IMG/VR virus record: IMGVR_UViG_2711768063_000002 | DNA length: 36,452 bases | Strand: one strand, 5' to 3' | Source of the DNA: a virus | Lineage: Duplodnaviria; Heunggongvirae; Uroviricota; Caudoviricetes | Shown here: one piece after another, positions 8,602 through 17,479 of the stretch | How positions within the stretch are numbered: position 1 is the stretch's first letter | Layout: each line of letters starts with the position of its first letter | Position numbers and translations under genes: made by a program | The notes under the pieces: generated by a model | What the model saw: the letters and a program-made list of their open reading frames with translations, nothing else | Databases searched by the model: none | Told to the model about the DNA's origin: nothing

Positions 8602-9912
8602 ATGGGGGAGAAAATGGTTGGTGGCGTGTGGAATGACAAATTGGATGCGAAGGCGGCAGGCTGGGTAGCGGATGGTAACAAGAAAAGCGGTGGCCAAGGC
8701 GTGGCGTGTCCAGTGGTTCGTTCTGACATGAGAGCATTTTTAAAAGTATTGAAAAGCCAGAAAGACCCTGAGCGACGAGCTCGTATGTATCGCGAAGCAG
8801 TCGCTCTCTATACCTATGAACATCCGGGAATTCCATCTCTTATAGAAAGTAATTGCCATCGTTATGAACAAATGAATTACAAACTTTACTTAGTTACAGA
8901 AATAGTTGAAGGCCCAACATTACGTGAGTACATAGAGGAAAATGGGGCTATGTCATTTCAAGATGCGGTTGATATGATAGATCGCCTGTTGGATATAGTC
9001 GAATACTATCATTCTCGTGATGGCATTCACAGAGATATCAAACCTGATAATATTATACTCCGGTGTAATAACCCGGCTGATGCTGTATTGGTAGATTTCG
9101 GTCTCGCATGGCAACCTCAAGATGAGAACGCTCATGCTACTGATAATGGCCAAGAGCTAGGCAATCGTTTCTTAAGGCTCAATGAACTTGCGCCAGACAG
9201 TCCTAATAAACGAGATCCTCGAAGCGATATTACCTTTGTAGTAGGGATTTTATTTTACGTATTAACAGGAAAAAGCCCGTATGTTTTAGAAGAATCTGAG
9301 ACTGGGCGTCGACCTCACCAACGCGATGGAGTATCGGAAAGTATTCATGCCGCTACTAATGGTTGGGCACTTTCAATGCTTGCATTGTTTGACCGTGGTT
9401 TTTCACCGCTATTGAATAGTAGATTTCAGACGGTACAAGAGTTGAGAAAGGAGTTGAAGAGGATGAGCGAAAATAAACCTACATTGGCGGATGGTGAGAT
9501 TCTTTTAGAAATCAAAAAAAGGTTGGAAGCTCAAGGTGCTGAGATAAATAGTGTTTATATGAGTAAAATCAGGGAAGCTGTAAGCGAAATAATTTCAGTT
9601 CGTAATAACATCATAGAAGAGATCGGAGGTCATCTGTCTGGAGTTGAAACTGGATACTATAAATCTGAGCCCCGTCATTCTTGGTTAAACATAGGATTTG
9701 ATACCCCTGGTACTTCGTATCCTCGTTTCCGACCTACATTTGACTTTCAAATTATTGCTGATGAACTCATCATTACTGTCTTTTCAGAAGATCGGCAGGG
9801 TGTTGCTAAAACTATCTGGCGCACGGATGTTTCAAACTCTGACTTTGGTGATATTTTCCGCCGTAAGATCAGAGAAATATTTGTCACTGGGTTGAGCGAA
9901 ATTTTTAGTTAA
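8602..9912 (+). CDS. Hanks-type (eukaryotic-like) Ser/Thr protein kinase with an uncharacterised C-terminal domain of about 150-170 aa (436 aa); candidate phage-defence cargo
   Basis: Catalytic loop HRDIKPDNIIL, DFG motif VDFGLA, Gly-rich loop region GNKKSGGQGVA, candidate beta3 lysine in AFLKVLK, APD motif in ELAPDSP. A+T-rich, opposite strand to the tail operons, at the P2 Z/fun position. An alternative ATG at 8614 has a better SD (GGGGAG). Confidence 0.8.
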   Translation: MGEKMVGGVWNDKLDAKAAGWVADGNKKSGGQGVACPVVRSDMRAFLKVLKSQKDPERRARMYREAVALYTYEHPGIPSLIESNCHRYEQMNYKLYLVTEIVEGPTLREYIEENGAMSFQDAVDMIDRLLDIVEYYHSRDGIHRDIKPDNIILRCNNPADAVLVDFGLAWQPQDENAHATDNGQELGNRFLRLNELAPDSPNKRDPRSDITFVVGILFYVLTGKSPYVLEESETGRRPHQRDGVSESIHAATNGWALSMLALFDRGFSPLLNSRFQTVQELRKELKRMSENKPTLADGEILLEIKKRLEAQGAEINSVYMSKIREAVSEIISVRNNIIEEIGGHLSGVETGYYKSEPRHSWLNIGFDTPGTSYPRFRPTFDFQIIADELIITVFSEDRQGVAKTIWRTDVSNSDFGDIFRRKIREIFVTGLSEIFS

Positions 9913-10020
9913 TAGCTTGTGCCCATTAATATTAATTTTTATTAATGCTTTAGTTAAATATGATGCTCAGCACCTTATTAATTAACACATAGTGAAGTTT
10001 ATAGGGACAGCTCTTGGCAC

Positions 10021-10040
10021 AGGGCTGCTGTTGCAGCCCT
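10021..10040. other. GC-rich hairpin between the convergent kinase and G genes (AGGGCTGC-TGTT-GCAGCCCT)
   Basis: Perfect 8-bp inverted repeat with a 4-nt loop; no U-tract on either strand, so it is not a canonical intrinsic terminator. Confidence 0.3.
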
Positions 10041-10097
10041 AACCCCCCTAGACTTCAGTGCTATAGATACGTTAGCTCACACCAGAGCTCATACAAC

Positions 10098-10625
10098 TTA
10101 TTGCGGCATTTCCGGCCATTCAGGATTTGCAGGATCCACACGACTGACCAGAACGCTGTAGCGTTCCCATGCTTCCAGTCGGCTACGCTCCTCATCTGTT
10201 GCCATGTTCAGTCTGACCGCGCGCTCCAGCGGCAAAATCACGGATTCAGCATCTGCAAGAAGTCTGGCTTTCCGGTTTTCTGCCTGCTGCTGCAATTCCT
10301 CTGCCGTATAAATGCGTTTAATCACTTTGCCGTCCTTAAACATCCAGTTCCCTGAAATGTTCGCCCGCCGGTTAGCAGTAATATCCGCCACTTCAACAAC
10401 ACTTAATCCATCCGGTCTGATAGCTGTCGCATCCTTTTCCACATAGCGGATGATATTATCTTTGTCGTACGCTATTTTTAGCGTGTCATCAGCAAAATAC
10501 TTTTGTTCTTCGTACCAGTTCTTACCATCTTCTGAAAAAAACCAGACAACATCAAAGTCTTTTGTCAATTGATATTGTTCAACCGTTTTTGGATTACCTG
10601 CCGTTATATTTATCAAATGCTGCAT
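10098..10625 (-). CDS. G: Tail fibre assembly protein G (175 aa)
   Basis: 175-aa ORF immediately downstream of H; same length and position as P2 gpG; ATG verified at 10623-10625. Confidence 0.85.
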   Translation of the reverse strand: MQHLINITAGNPKTVEQYQLTKDFDVVWFFSEDGKNWYEEQKYFADDTLKIAYDKDNIIRYVEKDATAIRPDGLSVVEVADITANRRANISGNWMFKDGKVIKRIYTAEELQQQAENRKARLLADAESVILPLERAVRLNMATDEERSRLEAWERYSVLVSRVDPANPEWPEMPQ

Positions 10626-10628
10626 AAA

Positions 10629-12947
10629 TTATACCTGCGCCACGTTATACCAAGTCCCGTTAATGTATTTCTGCACCGGTCTGTAATATACGCCACCAAT
10701 GTTATCGGCAGAGTTTGAGCCGGTATCCTGAACAATAATGCCGGAATATACACACCCGGACGGTGCCTGATGTGTCCATGTCATGCCATTGTTCGCAGGT
10801 TTGTATGTGGCAGCACCACCAAGCCGGATATCCCGGACATAGCGTGAATCAAAATTACTATAGTTAGATGGTGATACCTGCCCGTTAACAGCAAAAGTGA
10901 TGCTGTTATCTGTATTTCTCTGACTGTAAAAATGCCAGCCTGCATCATCACCTAATTCAGCCACCACAGGACGACTTGAGTTTCCCCACAAATTGAATGC
11001 GGCTTCCTTCGTGGATGTATTGCTGCTGCTGACCGTGAACTTTTTCCCGCTACCGGCACGTACTTTGGTACTTGAGACAATATCACCAGTAACACTCAGG
11101 CCATGCCCCATTGATACAGCACCCGTGGCATCATTTATAATCAGTGGTCTTAAATTATTATAAGTACCTAATCTGTCACCTGATTTAGTCAACATAAAAT
11201 AAGTGCTGCTGCCATCATTCCTGATAAAGAATCCATAATTGCCATAAGCAATGCGCAGACCATTAGCACTGAGTGATGTAATCTCACCTCTTGAACGGAG
11301 ACCATAAGCGGAGCTGAGTGATAATTCTTCCTGAGCATCAGTATTACCAGTCGCCCAGCGAACTACCCCGCCCTGTACTGTTTCATGCCAGATAGTGTCT
11401 CCTTCTCCACCACGAAACTTTCTGAGATATTTTTTGCCGCCTCTGGTGCCTGAACATAAGGCCGTAGACATATAGGCATTCTGGCTTCCGCCATCCTGAT
11501 TAATCGTTCCGGTCATTGAGTCGCCCTGACGATTCCAGTCACGACGCCAGCCGGGGGAGTAGCCGTCCCCATGATTAATGTAAGTGAATTGCGCGCTGGT
11601 TGTACCGCCACCACTTGATGTTGTCGGCGTGGTCACTCGGATAGTGATTGCAGATTTAGTTCCCATGACCTCGACGACACAACCAGCCAGGTGGATATCA
11701 CCACATCCGGTATCCGTAATGATTTTGTTATTTGCATATGACCAGGAGCCTTTGCACATCCAGTACGGATGATTAAATGCACCACGGGAATCCAGCCATT
11801 CAATAAACTGAGCGGTTGTCCAGTTTCCGGCTTCAGTGCTCAAAGCGCCGCTATAAGCACGACAGGCACCGATATTTTTCGTGAAGGTATCCTTTCCCGG
11901 AATATCCGCACCGTTCTGATCTTTCTGAAGACGTTTTTCAGCATTGTCATAGGCAGACTTCACTGCTTTTGGCGTTGCCGCGAGGGTTTCAGAATCACTG
12001 TTGGTGGCGCTACTGAGCTGGACAAGACCTTTTCGCGCCGTGGTGGCATCCTGTGCAGTGTATTTCCCGTTAGCAAGGTCATACGCTGTCTTAACCGCCT
12101 TTGGTGTTGCCGCAAGCGTTTCAGAATCGCTGTTGGTGACGCTACTGAGCTGGACAAGACCTTTTCGCGCTGTGGTGGCGTCCTGTGCAGTGTATTTCCC
12201 GTTAGCAAGGTCATACGCGGCCTTTACCGCTTTTGGTGTTGCGGCGAGCGTTTCAGACGTGCTGTTGGTGGCACTACTGAGCTGGACAAGACCTTTTCGC
12301 GCTGTGGTGGCATCCTGCGCAGTATATTTCCTGTTAGCAAGGTCATACGCGGCCTTTACCGCTTTCGGCGTTGCGGCCAGTGTTTCAGACGTGCTGTTGG
12401 TCGCACTGCTTAACTGAGTAAAACCTTTGGCGGTCAGCGAGGCGTCCGGGTGACGTCGTGACTGTTCGTGCTCTGCAATTTTGTCATCAACGTAATCCTG
12501 TGTCGCCATCACCGTTGTGGTGTCAATGGTCAGCTCCACCGAGGCCACACTGCTGACGATGATGACCATGCGACAGGTCTGCGAACGCCCTGAGCCTTCG
12601 GCAAGAGCTGGCTTATAACTTTCGGCCATGTTCGCCACGGCAATTAGCGTTCCCGCATCATCGTACAGGCCAAGTTCACGCATCCAGAAACCGCCCACCT
12701 CCGGCGGAATAACCAGCTCTGCGATAATATAATTACTGTTTCGTTTGTCCTGGCTGATTTTGTTCAGCGCATGTCGCCAGACTTCGTGGATAAGCCCGGT
12801 CTGTCCGGCATCCGGGACAGGCAATTTACCACCGCCATCCCCGACGGCCATCGTGGTAATGTTGACCTTCCGCCCTCCCGGTGCGGTTGCCGCTGCCAGC
12901 TTTGCTGCACCGGCAGTGGTGATAACGGTTTTGAATTTTGTGCTCAT
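10629..12947 (-). CDS. H: Tail fibre protein H (772 aa) with internal tandem repeats
   Basis: N-terminus MSTKFKTVITTAGAAKLAAATAPGGRKVNITTMAVGDGGGKLP as in P2-like gpH; four copies of an approximately 40-aa repeat (KGLVQLSSATNSTSETLAATPKAVKAAYDLANGKYTAQDATTAR). Confidence 0.9.
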   Translation of the reverse strand: MSTKFKTVITTAGAAKLAAATAPGGRKVNITTMAVGDGGGKLPVPDAGQTGLIHEVWRHALNKISQDKRNSNYIIAELVIPPEVGGFWMRELGLYDDAGTLIAVANMAESYKPALAEGSGRSQTCRMVIIVSSVASVELTIDTTTVMATQDYVDDKIAEHEQSRRHPDASLTAKGFTQLSSATNSTSETLAATPKAVKAAYDLANRKYTAQDATTARKGLVQLSSATNSTSETLAATPKAVKAAYDLANGKYTAQDATTARKGLVQLSSVTNSDSETLAATPKAVKTAYDLANGKYTAQDATTARKGLVQLSSATNSDSETLAATPKAVKSAYDNAEKRLQKDQNGADIPGKDTFTKNIGACRAYSGALSTEAGNWTTAQFIEWLDSRGAFNHPYWMCKGSWSYANNKIITDTGCGDIHLAGCVVEVMGTKSAITIRVTTPTTSSGGGTTSAQFTYINHGDGYSPGWRRDWNRQGDSMTGTINQDGGSQNAYMSTALCSGTRGGKKYLRKFRGGEGDTIWHETVQGGVVRWATGNTDAQEELSLSSAYGLRSRGEITSLSANGLRIAYGNYGFFIRNDGSSTYFMLTKSGDRLGTYNNLRPLIINDATGAVSMGHGLSVTGDIVSSTKVRAGSGKKFTVSSSNTSTKEAAFNLWGNSSRPVVAELGDDAGWHFYSQRNTDNSITFAVNGQVSPSNYSNFDSRYVRDIRLGGAATYKPANNGMTWTHQAPSGCVYSGIIVQDTGSNSADNIGGVYYRPVQKYINGTWYNVAQV
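11942..12431. repeat. Four tandem copies of an approximately 120-bp repeat inside the tail fibre gene H
   Basis: Near-identical DNA blocks (for example GCTACTGAGCTGGACAAGACCTTTTCGCGC recurs four times), encoding the repeated tail-fibre peptide. Confidence 0.8.
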
Positions 12948-12957
12948 TATTCCTCAC

Positions 12958-13488
12958 TTATCCGGGGTAAACCGTAATTACATCGCCGTCGTAAGCCACA
13001 CCACCGGCGAACAGGTAGCCGGGAATGTCCCGGGTAATGTTCAGGCCAATAAGATGACGGCTTGCAGGTTTGGCATCAGCAATAAGCCGTTCCATTTCCT
13101 GATACATTGCCTCTGTGATGCCGCTTTCCAGTACACCAATATCAAGCCGGAAGGTGCCTGGCGGGTCACTGTTTTCCCACCACTCCGTCACGTTGATGAG
13201 ATAGCCCAGCGGCTCCACCACACGCCGGATTGCACCTATAGTGCCTTTATGACAGTGGATGAAATAGGCATCGCGAATAACGGCGCGTTTGGTCGCTTCC
13301 GGCCACTTTTCATCCCATCTGTCGACCGAAAACGCCCACGCCAGCCACGGCAGCAGATTTGCCGGGCAGGTGTCCGGGTTCCACAGCTCACGAATACTGA
13401 CCGGCGTTTTTTCAATTTCCGCACAGGCTTTTGCAGCGGCGACTTCAAGCGGTGATGAGCCGGTCGGCAGCAGGCGCGAATCACTCAT
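12958..13488 (-). CDS. I: Baseplate protein I (176 aa)
   Basis: 176-aa ORF at the P2 gpI position with the same length. Confidence 0.85.
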   Translation of the reverse strand: MSDSRLLPTGSSPLEVAAAKACAEIEKTPVSIRELWNPDTCPANLLPWLAWAFSVDRWDEKWPEATKRAVIRDAYFIHCHKGTIGAIRRVVEPLGYLINVTEWWENSDPPGTFRLDIGVLESGITEAMYQEMERLIADAKPASRHLIGLNITRDIPGYLFAGGVAYDGDVITVYPG

Positions 13489-14389
13489 CCGAGCCTCCGG
13501 TCACGACGCGGTATTCGGTACAGAAAGACGCCTGCGTACTGTTGAGCACGATGTCGGCAAGCGGTGAAGCCAGTTCGACACGCTGCACGCCTTCCACATG
13601 CAAAGCGGCATAAATGGCAGACAGTCGGATGTCGCGCCCCAGCCGGTGCTGTGCCGTGATATACGCTTCCAGTTTTTTCACGGCGGCAGCGCGAATGGGT
13701 TCGCTTTCGGGGCCAGGGTAAAGGTAAAGCGTGGCATTTATCTGGTATTCAACGATGGCGGCAGACTGCACGGTCACACGGTCGGCCACCGGTCTGACGT
13801 CCTCGCCATTCAGGGCGTTGCGCACCACAGCCAGCAGGTCTTCAGATGCCACACCGTTATTTTCACGTGACAGCACAGAGATGGTGACACAGGCCGGAGA
13901 CGGACTGGTGACAGAGATATCCGCGACACGCCCGTCGGCACTGCGACCATGATACTGATAGGCTCCCACCGACCCGGCGACGCTTAAACCTTCAAACGCC
14001 TGCTGAATACGCAGACGATAATCCGTGTCAGATTCCATCACGGCCGGTGTCGGCGGGAGGGTCGAATCATCTGCCGGGGTGATAGTCAGACGCGTGGTGT
14101 TGTAATTGGCACCAATCACATCAAGGTCATTACCGGCGGCACAGGCCAGCATTACCGCCCGTGCGGCCTCATTCACACGCTGACGCCAGATAAGCTCACG
14201 ATAAGCATTTTCCTCCAGCAGTTTGACGAGAGGCTCGGATTCCAGCATCAGGGCGCGGGCGACCGCCTCCTGCTGGTCTTCCGGGTAAAGGGAAATCAGT
14301 GTCGCCTTGCGTTCAGCAAGAATGGTTTCAAAGTCCAGCTCCTCGACCACATCCGGTGCGGGTAGCTGGTTCAGGTCGATAATCGGCAT
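13481..14389 (-). CDS. J: Baseplate protein J (302 aa)
   Basis: 302-aa ORF at the P2 gpJ position with the same length; overlaps the I start by 8 nt. Confidence 0.85.
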   Translation of the reverse strand: MPIIDLNQLPAPDVVEELDFETILAERKATLISLYPEDQQEAVARALMLESEPLVKLLEENAYRELIWRQRVNEAARAVMLACAAGNDLDVIGANYNTTRLTITPADDSTLPPTPAVMESDTDYRLRIQQAFEGLSVAGSVGAYQYHGRSADGRVADISVTSPSPACVTISVLSRENNGVASEDLLAVVRNALNGEDVRPVADRVTVQSAAIVEYQINATLYLYPGPESEPIRAAAVKKLEAYITAQHRLGRDIRLSAIYAALHVEGVQRVELASPLADIVLNSTQASFCTEYRVVTGGSDE

Positions 14390-14393
14390 GGTT

Positions 14394-14741
14394 TCAACTC
14401 ACAGGGATGGTTAACGAAAGTGGCTGGCCGGTGTCGTTGTGCTGGCCGGTTAACGTGACCGTCATTCGCCCGTCAAAACTGCGCGCCGTGGTGACGGATG
14501 ACAGGGTGACGCGGGGTTCCCATTTCAGCACTGCCATGTAACAGGCGACTTTAATCTGCAACTCAAGCGCCGGGGTCTGCGGCTGGTCAATCATTGACGC
14601 CAGCAACGAGCCGTAATCACGACGCATCACCCGTGAGCCGACCGGTGTGCGCAGGATATCGCCGATACTCTGGCTGATATGCTCAAGGTCAGTGACAGTC
14701 AGGCCATCACTGCGATTCATTCCGAGATAACGCGCTGTCAT
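14394..14741 (-). CDS. W: Baseplate protein W (115 aa)
   Basis: 115-aa ORF at the P2 gpW position with the same length; ATGA overlap with the V stop. Confidence 0.85.
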   Translation of the reverse strand: MTARYLGMNRSDGLTVTDLEHISQSIGDILRTPVGSRVMRRDYGSLLASMIDQPQTPALELQIKVACYMAVLKWEPRVTLSSVTTARSFDGRMTVTLTGQHNDTGQPLSLTIPVS

Positions 14742-15373
14742 AGAGGTCCCCCTGTTGTGCCGCCACTGTCGCCGGGGTGTTTATGGGTATGCAGTACCTT
14801 ACCGTTTGATGAGAGTTCACCGCCGGTGTGTTCAATGTTGCCGCGCATCGTCCCGCCCTTCTGCACTTCCAGCGTGCCGGTAATCAGCCTGTTGGTGCAG
14901 ACCACCTCCGGTGTGTCCAGGGTGACGCGGGTTGATGCTTTCACCATGACCACCGGCACCGTGGCAGTAACAGAATCAGAAGCCGTCACGCTGGCCGTTT
15001 TAATTCCGCTTACCGTAAGTGCACTGGTTTCGGGTTCATACTCAATCACCGCCCCGTCAGGGAAACGGATATGCAGGGCATCCGCCGACGCAGACGGCGC
15101 GGGGTTATCGCCGGAATAAATCCCCGGCAGAACGAACGCCGTGTCGAGTTCACCGCCCACGGCCAGAATCAGCACCTGTTCCCCCACGGAAGGTGCCCAC
15201 CATGTGCGCGAACGTCCGGCGCGATGGGTCAGCCACTGAAGCCAGTCGGTGCACATGCCGCCGGTCTGCACACGGCAGCGACCGGCGTTAAGGTTGGTTT
15301 CAACGATAATGCCGGTGCGGATCATGTTGCGCAGTGCGCGCGCGAGTTCCTGAATATTTGCGAGAGTGTTCAT
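14738..15373 (-). CDS. V: Baseplate spike protein V (211 aa)
   Basis: The track ORF starts at a TTG; trimmed to ATG at 15371-15373, giving MNTLANIQELARALRNMIRTG, the gpV N-terminus. Confidence 0.85.
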   Translation of the reverse strand: MNTLANIQELARALRNMIRTGIIVETNLNAGRCRVQTGGMCTDWLQWLTHRAGRSRTWWAPSVGEQVLILAVGGELDTAFVLPGIYSGDNPAPSASADALHIRFPDGAVIEYEPETSALTVSGIKTASVTASDSVTATVPVVMVKASTRVTLDTPEVVCTNRLITGTLEVQKGGTMRGNIEHTGGELSSNGKVLHTHKHPGDSGGTTGGPL

Positions 15374-15456
15374 GCATGTGAGATTGCACAATATATAAAA
15401 GTTATGCTATCTGGATTCATTTGTAGAACCACCAGACAACATTCAAGGAGAGCGTA

Positions 15457-16242
15457 ATGGTCAGCTATAATGTGACTAATGTGTGGGAGCTAATCGTTTT
15501 GTATCTTTTGGTCTTTGCAGTATTAGCATTTTTTAGCTTTGGTAAAAGTAACCTTATGAGGCTTATTGCACATTATTTCAAATTTGGATATTCAGACAAA
15601 AAATTAAAAAGACTGGACCGCGAGTGGCGCGACATTCAACTATTTAAAACACTTAACGGAATCAATGTATCAGGCATCGAAGATGTGAGAATGATACAGC
15701 AGGGGCTGATTGATGGAAAACTAAAAACATCGGATTTTTTCCTTACTCGCTTCTGGGGAGACATAACAGAACCGCTATGCATCACAAAAACAATGAGTGC
15801 AGTCCTGGCCGGAATTCTTTATATTATCTTCGCATGTTACATACACAATGAACAATCCGCTATAGTAAGGGATGCCATAGGTATACCATATAAAAACATG
15901 ATGTACTATGTTTATAGTGACAAAGTTCTTTTATCCTTCAAAAATAAAACAGTTGAATTTAATAAAACTTATAGCCTTGCCGATTGCAAGAGTCTGCAAA
16001 ACGTATTTATAAAAGACACACTTCCTGAGATCGCCTGCAATAAGCTCTTACAGCTAAACGAGGAGGACTCCGAATGGTTAAGTCAGGAGATTAAAGATAA
16101 TAACAGCCACAGAAAAACATTATTAATAATATCCCTAACCTATTTCATTTCAGGTCTGCTTATATTCCTGTCATATGCAAAATTCCTTTACGCCAATAAG
16201 AAGGTTTTAGAATACAAAGCATCAAATAAAAACCACTCATAA
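15457..16242 (+). CDS. Predicted multi-pass membrane protein of unknown function (261 aa); cargo at the S/V (P2 orf30) position
   Basis: Strong SD AAGGAG 6 nt before the ATG; three hydrophobic helices (LIVLYLLVFAVLAFFSF, MSAVLAGILYIIFACYI, LLIISLTYFISGLLIFLSY); very A+T-rich with Lys/Asn/Ile-rich codons; opposite strand to flanking tail genes. Confidence 0.75.
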   Translation: MVSYNVTNVWELIVLYLLVFAVLAFFSFGKSNLMRLIAHYFKFGYSDKKLKRLDREWRDIQLFKTLNGINVSGIEDVRMIQQGLIDGKLKTSDFFLTRFWGDITEPLCITKTMSAVLAGILYIIFACYIHNEQSAIVRDAIGIPYKNMMYYVYSDKVLLSFKNKTVEFNKTYSLADCKSLQNVFIKDTLPEIACNKLLQLNEEDSEWLSQEIKDNNSHRKTLLIISLTYFISGLLIFLSYAKFLYANKKVLEYKASNKNHS

Positions 16243-16248
16243 ACCTCT

Positions 16249-16283
16249 AAACATTGAGCGACCAGCACGGCCGCTCAATGTTT
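16249..16283. terminator. Hairpin between the convergent membrane-protein gene and S (12-bp stem AAACATTGAGCG / CGCTCAATGTTT, 11-nt loop)
   Basis: Perfect 12-bp inverted repeat starting 7 nt after the plus-strand stop; weak U-tracts on both strands, so possibly a bidirectional terminator. Confidence 0.45.
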
Positions 16284-16313
16284 AATTGCGCATCAGCCTC
16301 TGCCTGGATAAAA

Positions 16314-16766
16314 CTAACGCTCAAGGTGAGCCAGGATAATCTCTTCAATCATCTGCACATCCTCACCGGTAAAGCCGAGCAGAGGACGCGCCGGATAATC
16401 AATTTTCTTACCGTCTTTCCGGGTTTCTTCCGACAGACCGAACTGATGCACACTGGCGATTTTCGGCGACTTCCCGCCGTAAAATTCCATTGATGCCTGT
16501 TCCGGGCTGGCGCGGATATGCAAAAAACGACTGGTGATAAGTTTCGCAAACATTTTTCGCTTAACACGACCGGTCTTTTTTCTGGCGCTCTGCTGCTGGC
16601 GTGGCGCGTAGGGTGTGCCGTCCGGGGCTTTCTGTGCCATCACCCGACGCTGCTGACTCTGCCGCAGACGCTTCGCCAGCTCTGCACTCAGCCGCCGACG
16701 CCCTGACGGTGACAGCGACTCAATCAGTCCGGTCAGCCGGTCTTCAAAACGCTTAAACTCATTCAT
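16314..16766 (-). CDS. S: Tail completion protein S (150 aa)
   Basis: 150-aa ORF MNEFKRFEDRLTGLIESLSPSGRRRLSAELAKRLRQSQQRR; same length and position as P2 gpS. Confidence 0.9.
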   Translation of the reverse strand: MNEFKRFEDRLTGLIESLSPSGRRRLSAELAKRLRQSQQRRVMAQKAPDGTPYAPRQQQSARKKTGRVKRKMFAKLITSRFLHIRASPEQASMEFYGGKSPKIASVHQFGLSEETRKDGKKIDYPARPLLGFTGEDVQMIEEIILAHLER

Positions 16767-17226
16767 CCCACTTGCTCACCAGTTCGCCATTGATATAAAG
16801 CTCCATCGGGCGGGTAACCGGCTCCGGCGGCGGGGGTTCCGGGATATTCTTCACATGCAGTGCGCCGTCCACCTCACTGACCAGCGTTCGCTCGGTCAGC
16901 ATCAGGCTGATGCTGATATCAAAGCTGCTGTCATTGTTGATGTCCGCATAAAACGTGAAGCCCTTTTTCTGGCCTGCGTCGGTGGTCATGATGTCGGGCT
17001 GATTTTCCCGCAGCCACGCCAGCACCGGCACAATGAGCAGGTCAAAATCACCGGTAAAGTCGGTCACAATCACATTGAGCGTGTAACGCTTTTCGAATGA
17101 CAGCGACGTCGCCAGTGTGGAGGCAATACTCCCGTTATCCACGAATATCCGCAGCATCTCGGGACTGGTTTTCAGCACCGTGACGGCATCAGTCAGCGCC
17201 CTGCGCAGGCTGTCGGGTTTGAGCAT
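16759..17226 (-). CDS. R: Tail completion protein R (155 aa)
   Basis: 155-aa ORF at the P2 gpR position with the same length; overlaps the S start. Confidence 0.9.
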   Translation of the reverse strand: MLKPDSLRRALTDAVTVLKTSPEMLRIFVDNGSIASTLATSLSFEKRYTLNVIVTDFTGDFDLLIVPVLAWLRENQPDIMTTDAGQKKGFTFYADINNDSSFDISISLMLTERTLVSEVDGALHVKNIPEPPPPEPVTRPMELYINGELVSKWDE

Positions 17227-17479
17227 CGTTTTCGTCCTGACAGTGTTTAATCATTTTTACCTGGCTGGCACAGCGTGCCAGCGCGTTCTCAAGCTGCCGG
17301 ATATCAGCACTTAAATCGCCGTTCGTCTGCGGGTCACTGCCCGGCATCGGGCAAAGGCTCACTTTCGGGCAGGCGTTGGCGACAATCACTGGCGTCTGCG
17401 CAGGCGGGGCGCTGGTGCAACCGGCGCACAGCATCAGGCAGGTCAGCGCCGTACCAGCGGCGAAAATCTTCGTTTTCAT
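17189..17479 (-). CDS. lysC: LysC, Rz1-like outer-membrane lipoprotein spanin (96 aa), nested out of frame in lysB and overlapping R
   Basis: ATG at 17477-17479 gives MKTKIFAAGTALTCLMLCAGCTSAPP with lipobox LCAGC and a Pro-rich mature part; embedded in the lysB 3' region as in P2. Confidence 0.7.
   Translation of the reverse strand: MKTKIFAAGTALTCLMLCAGCTSAPPAQTPVIVANACPKVSLCPMPGSDPQTNGDLSADIRQLENALARCASQVKMIKHCQDENDAQTRQPAQGAD

Noticed and set aside
8541-8836. Minus-strand ORFs (62 and 78 aa) overlapping the kinase gene start
   Set aside because: Antisense to the kinase N-terminus and promoter, with no SD and Pro/Ser-rich low-complexity translation.
10014-10355. 113-aa plus-strand ORF starting in the kinase-to-G intergenic region
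   Set aside because: Starts at a TTG inside a GC-rich hairpin, is Cys-rich and low-complexity, and overlaps the well-supported tail fibre assembly gene on the other strand.
11769-12417. Plus-strand ORFs encoding internally repeated peptides (214 and 138 aa) and a minus-strand 84-aa ORF
   Set aside because: They are produced by the tandem 120-bp repeats of tail fibre gene H read in the wrong frame or strand; the repeat structure, not selection, keeps them open.
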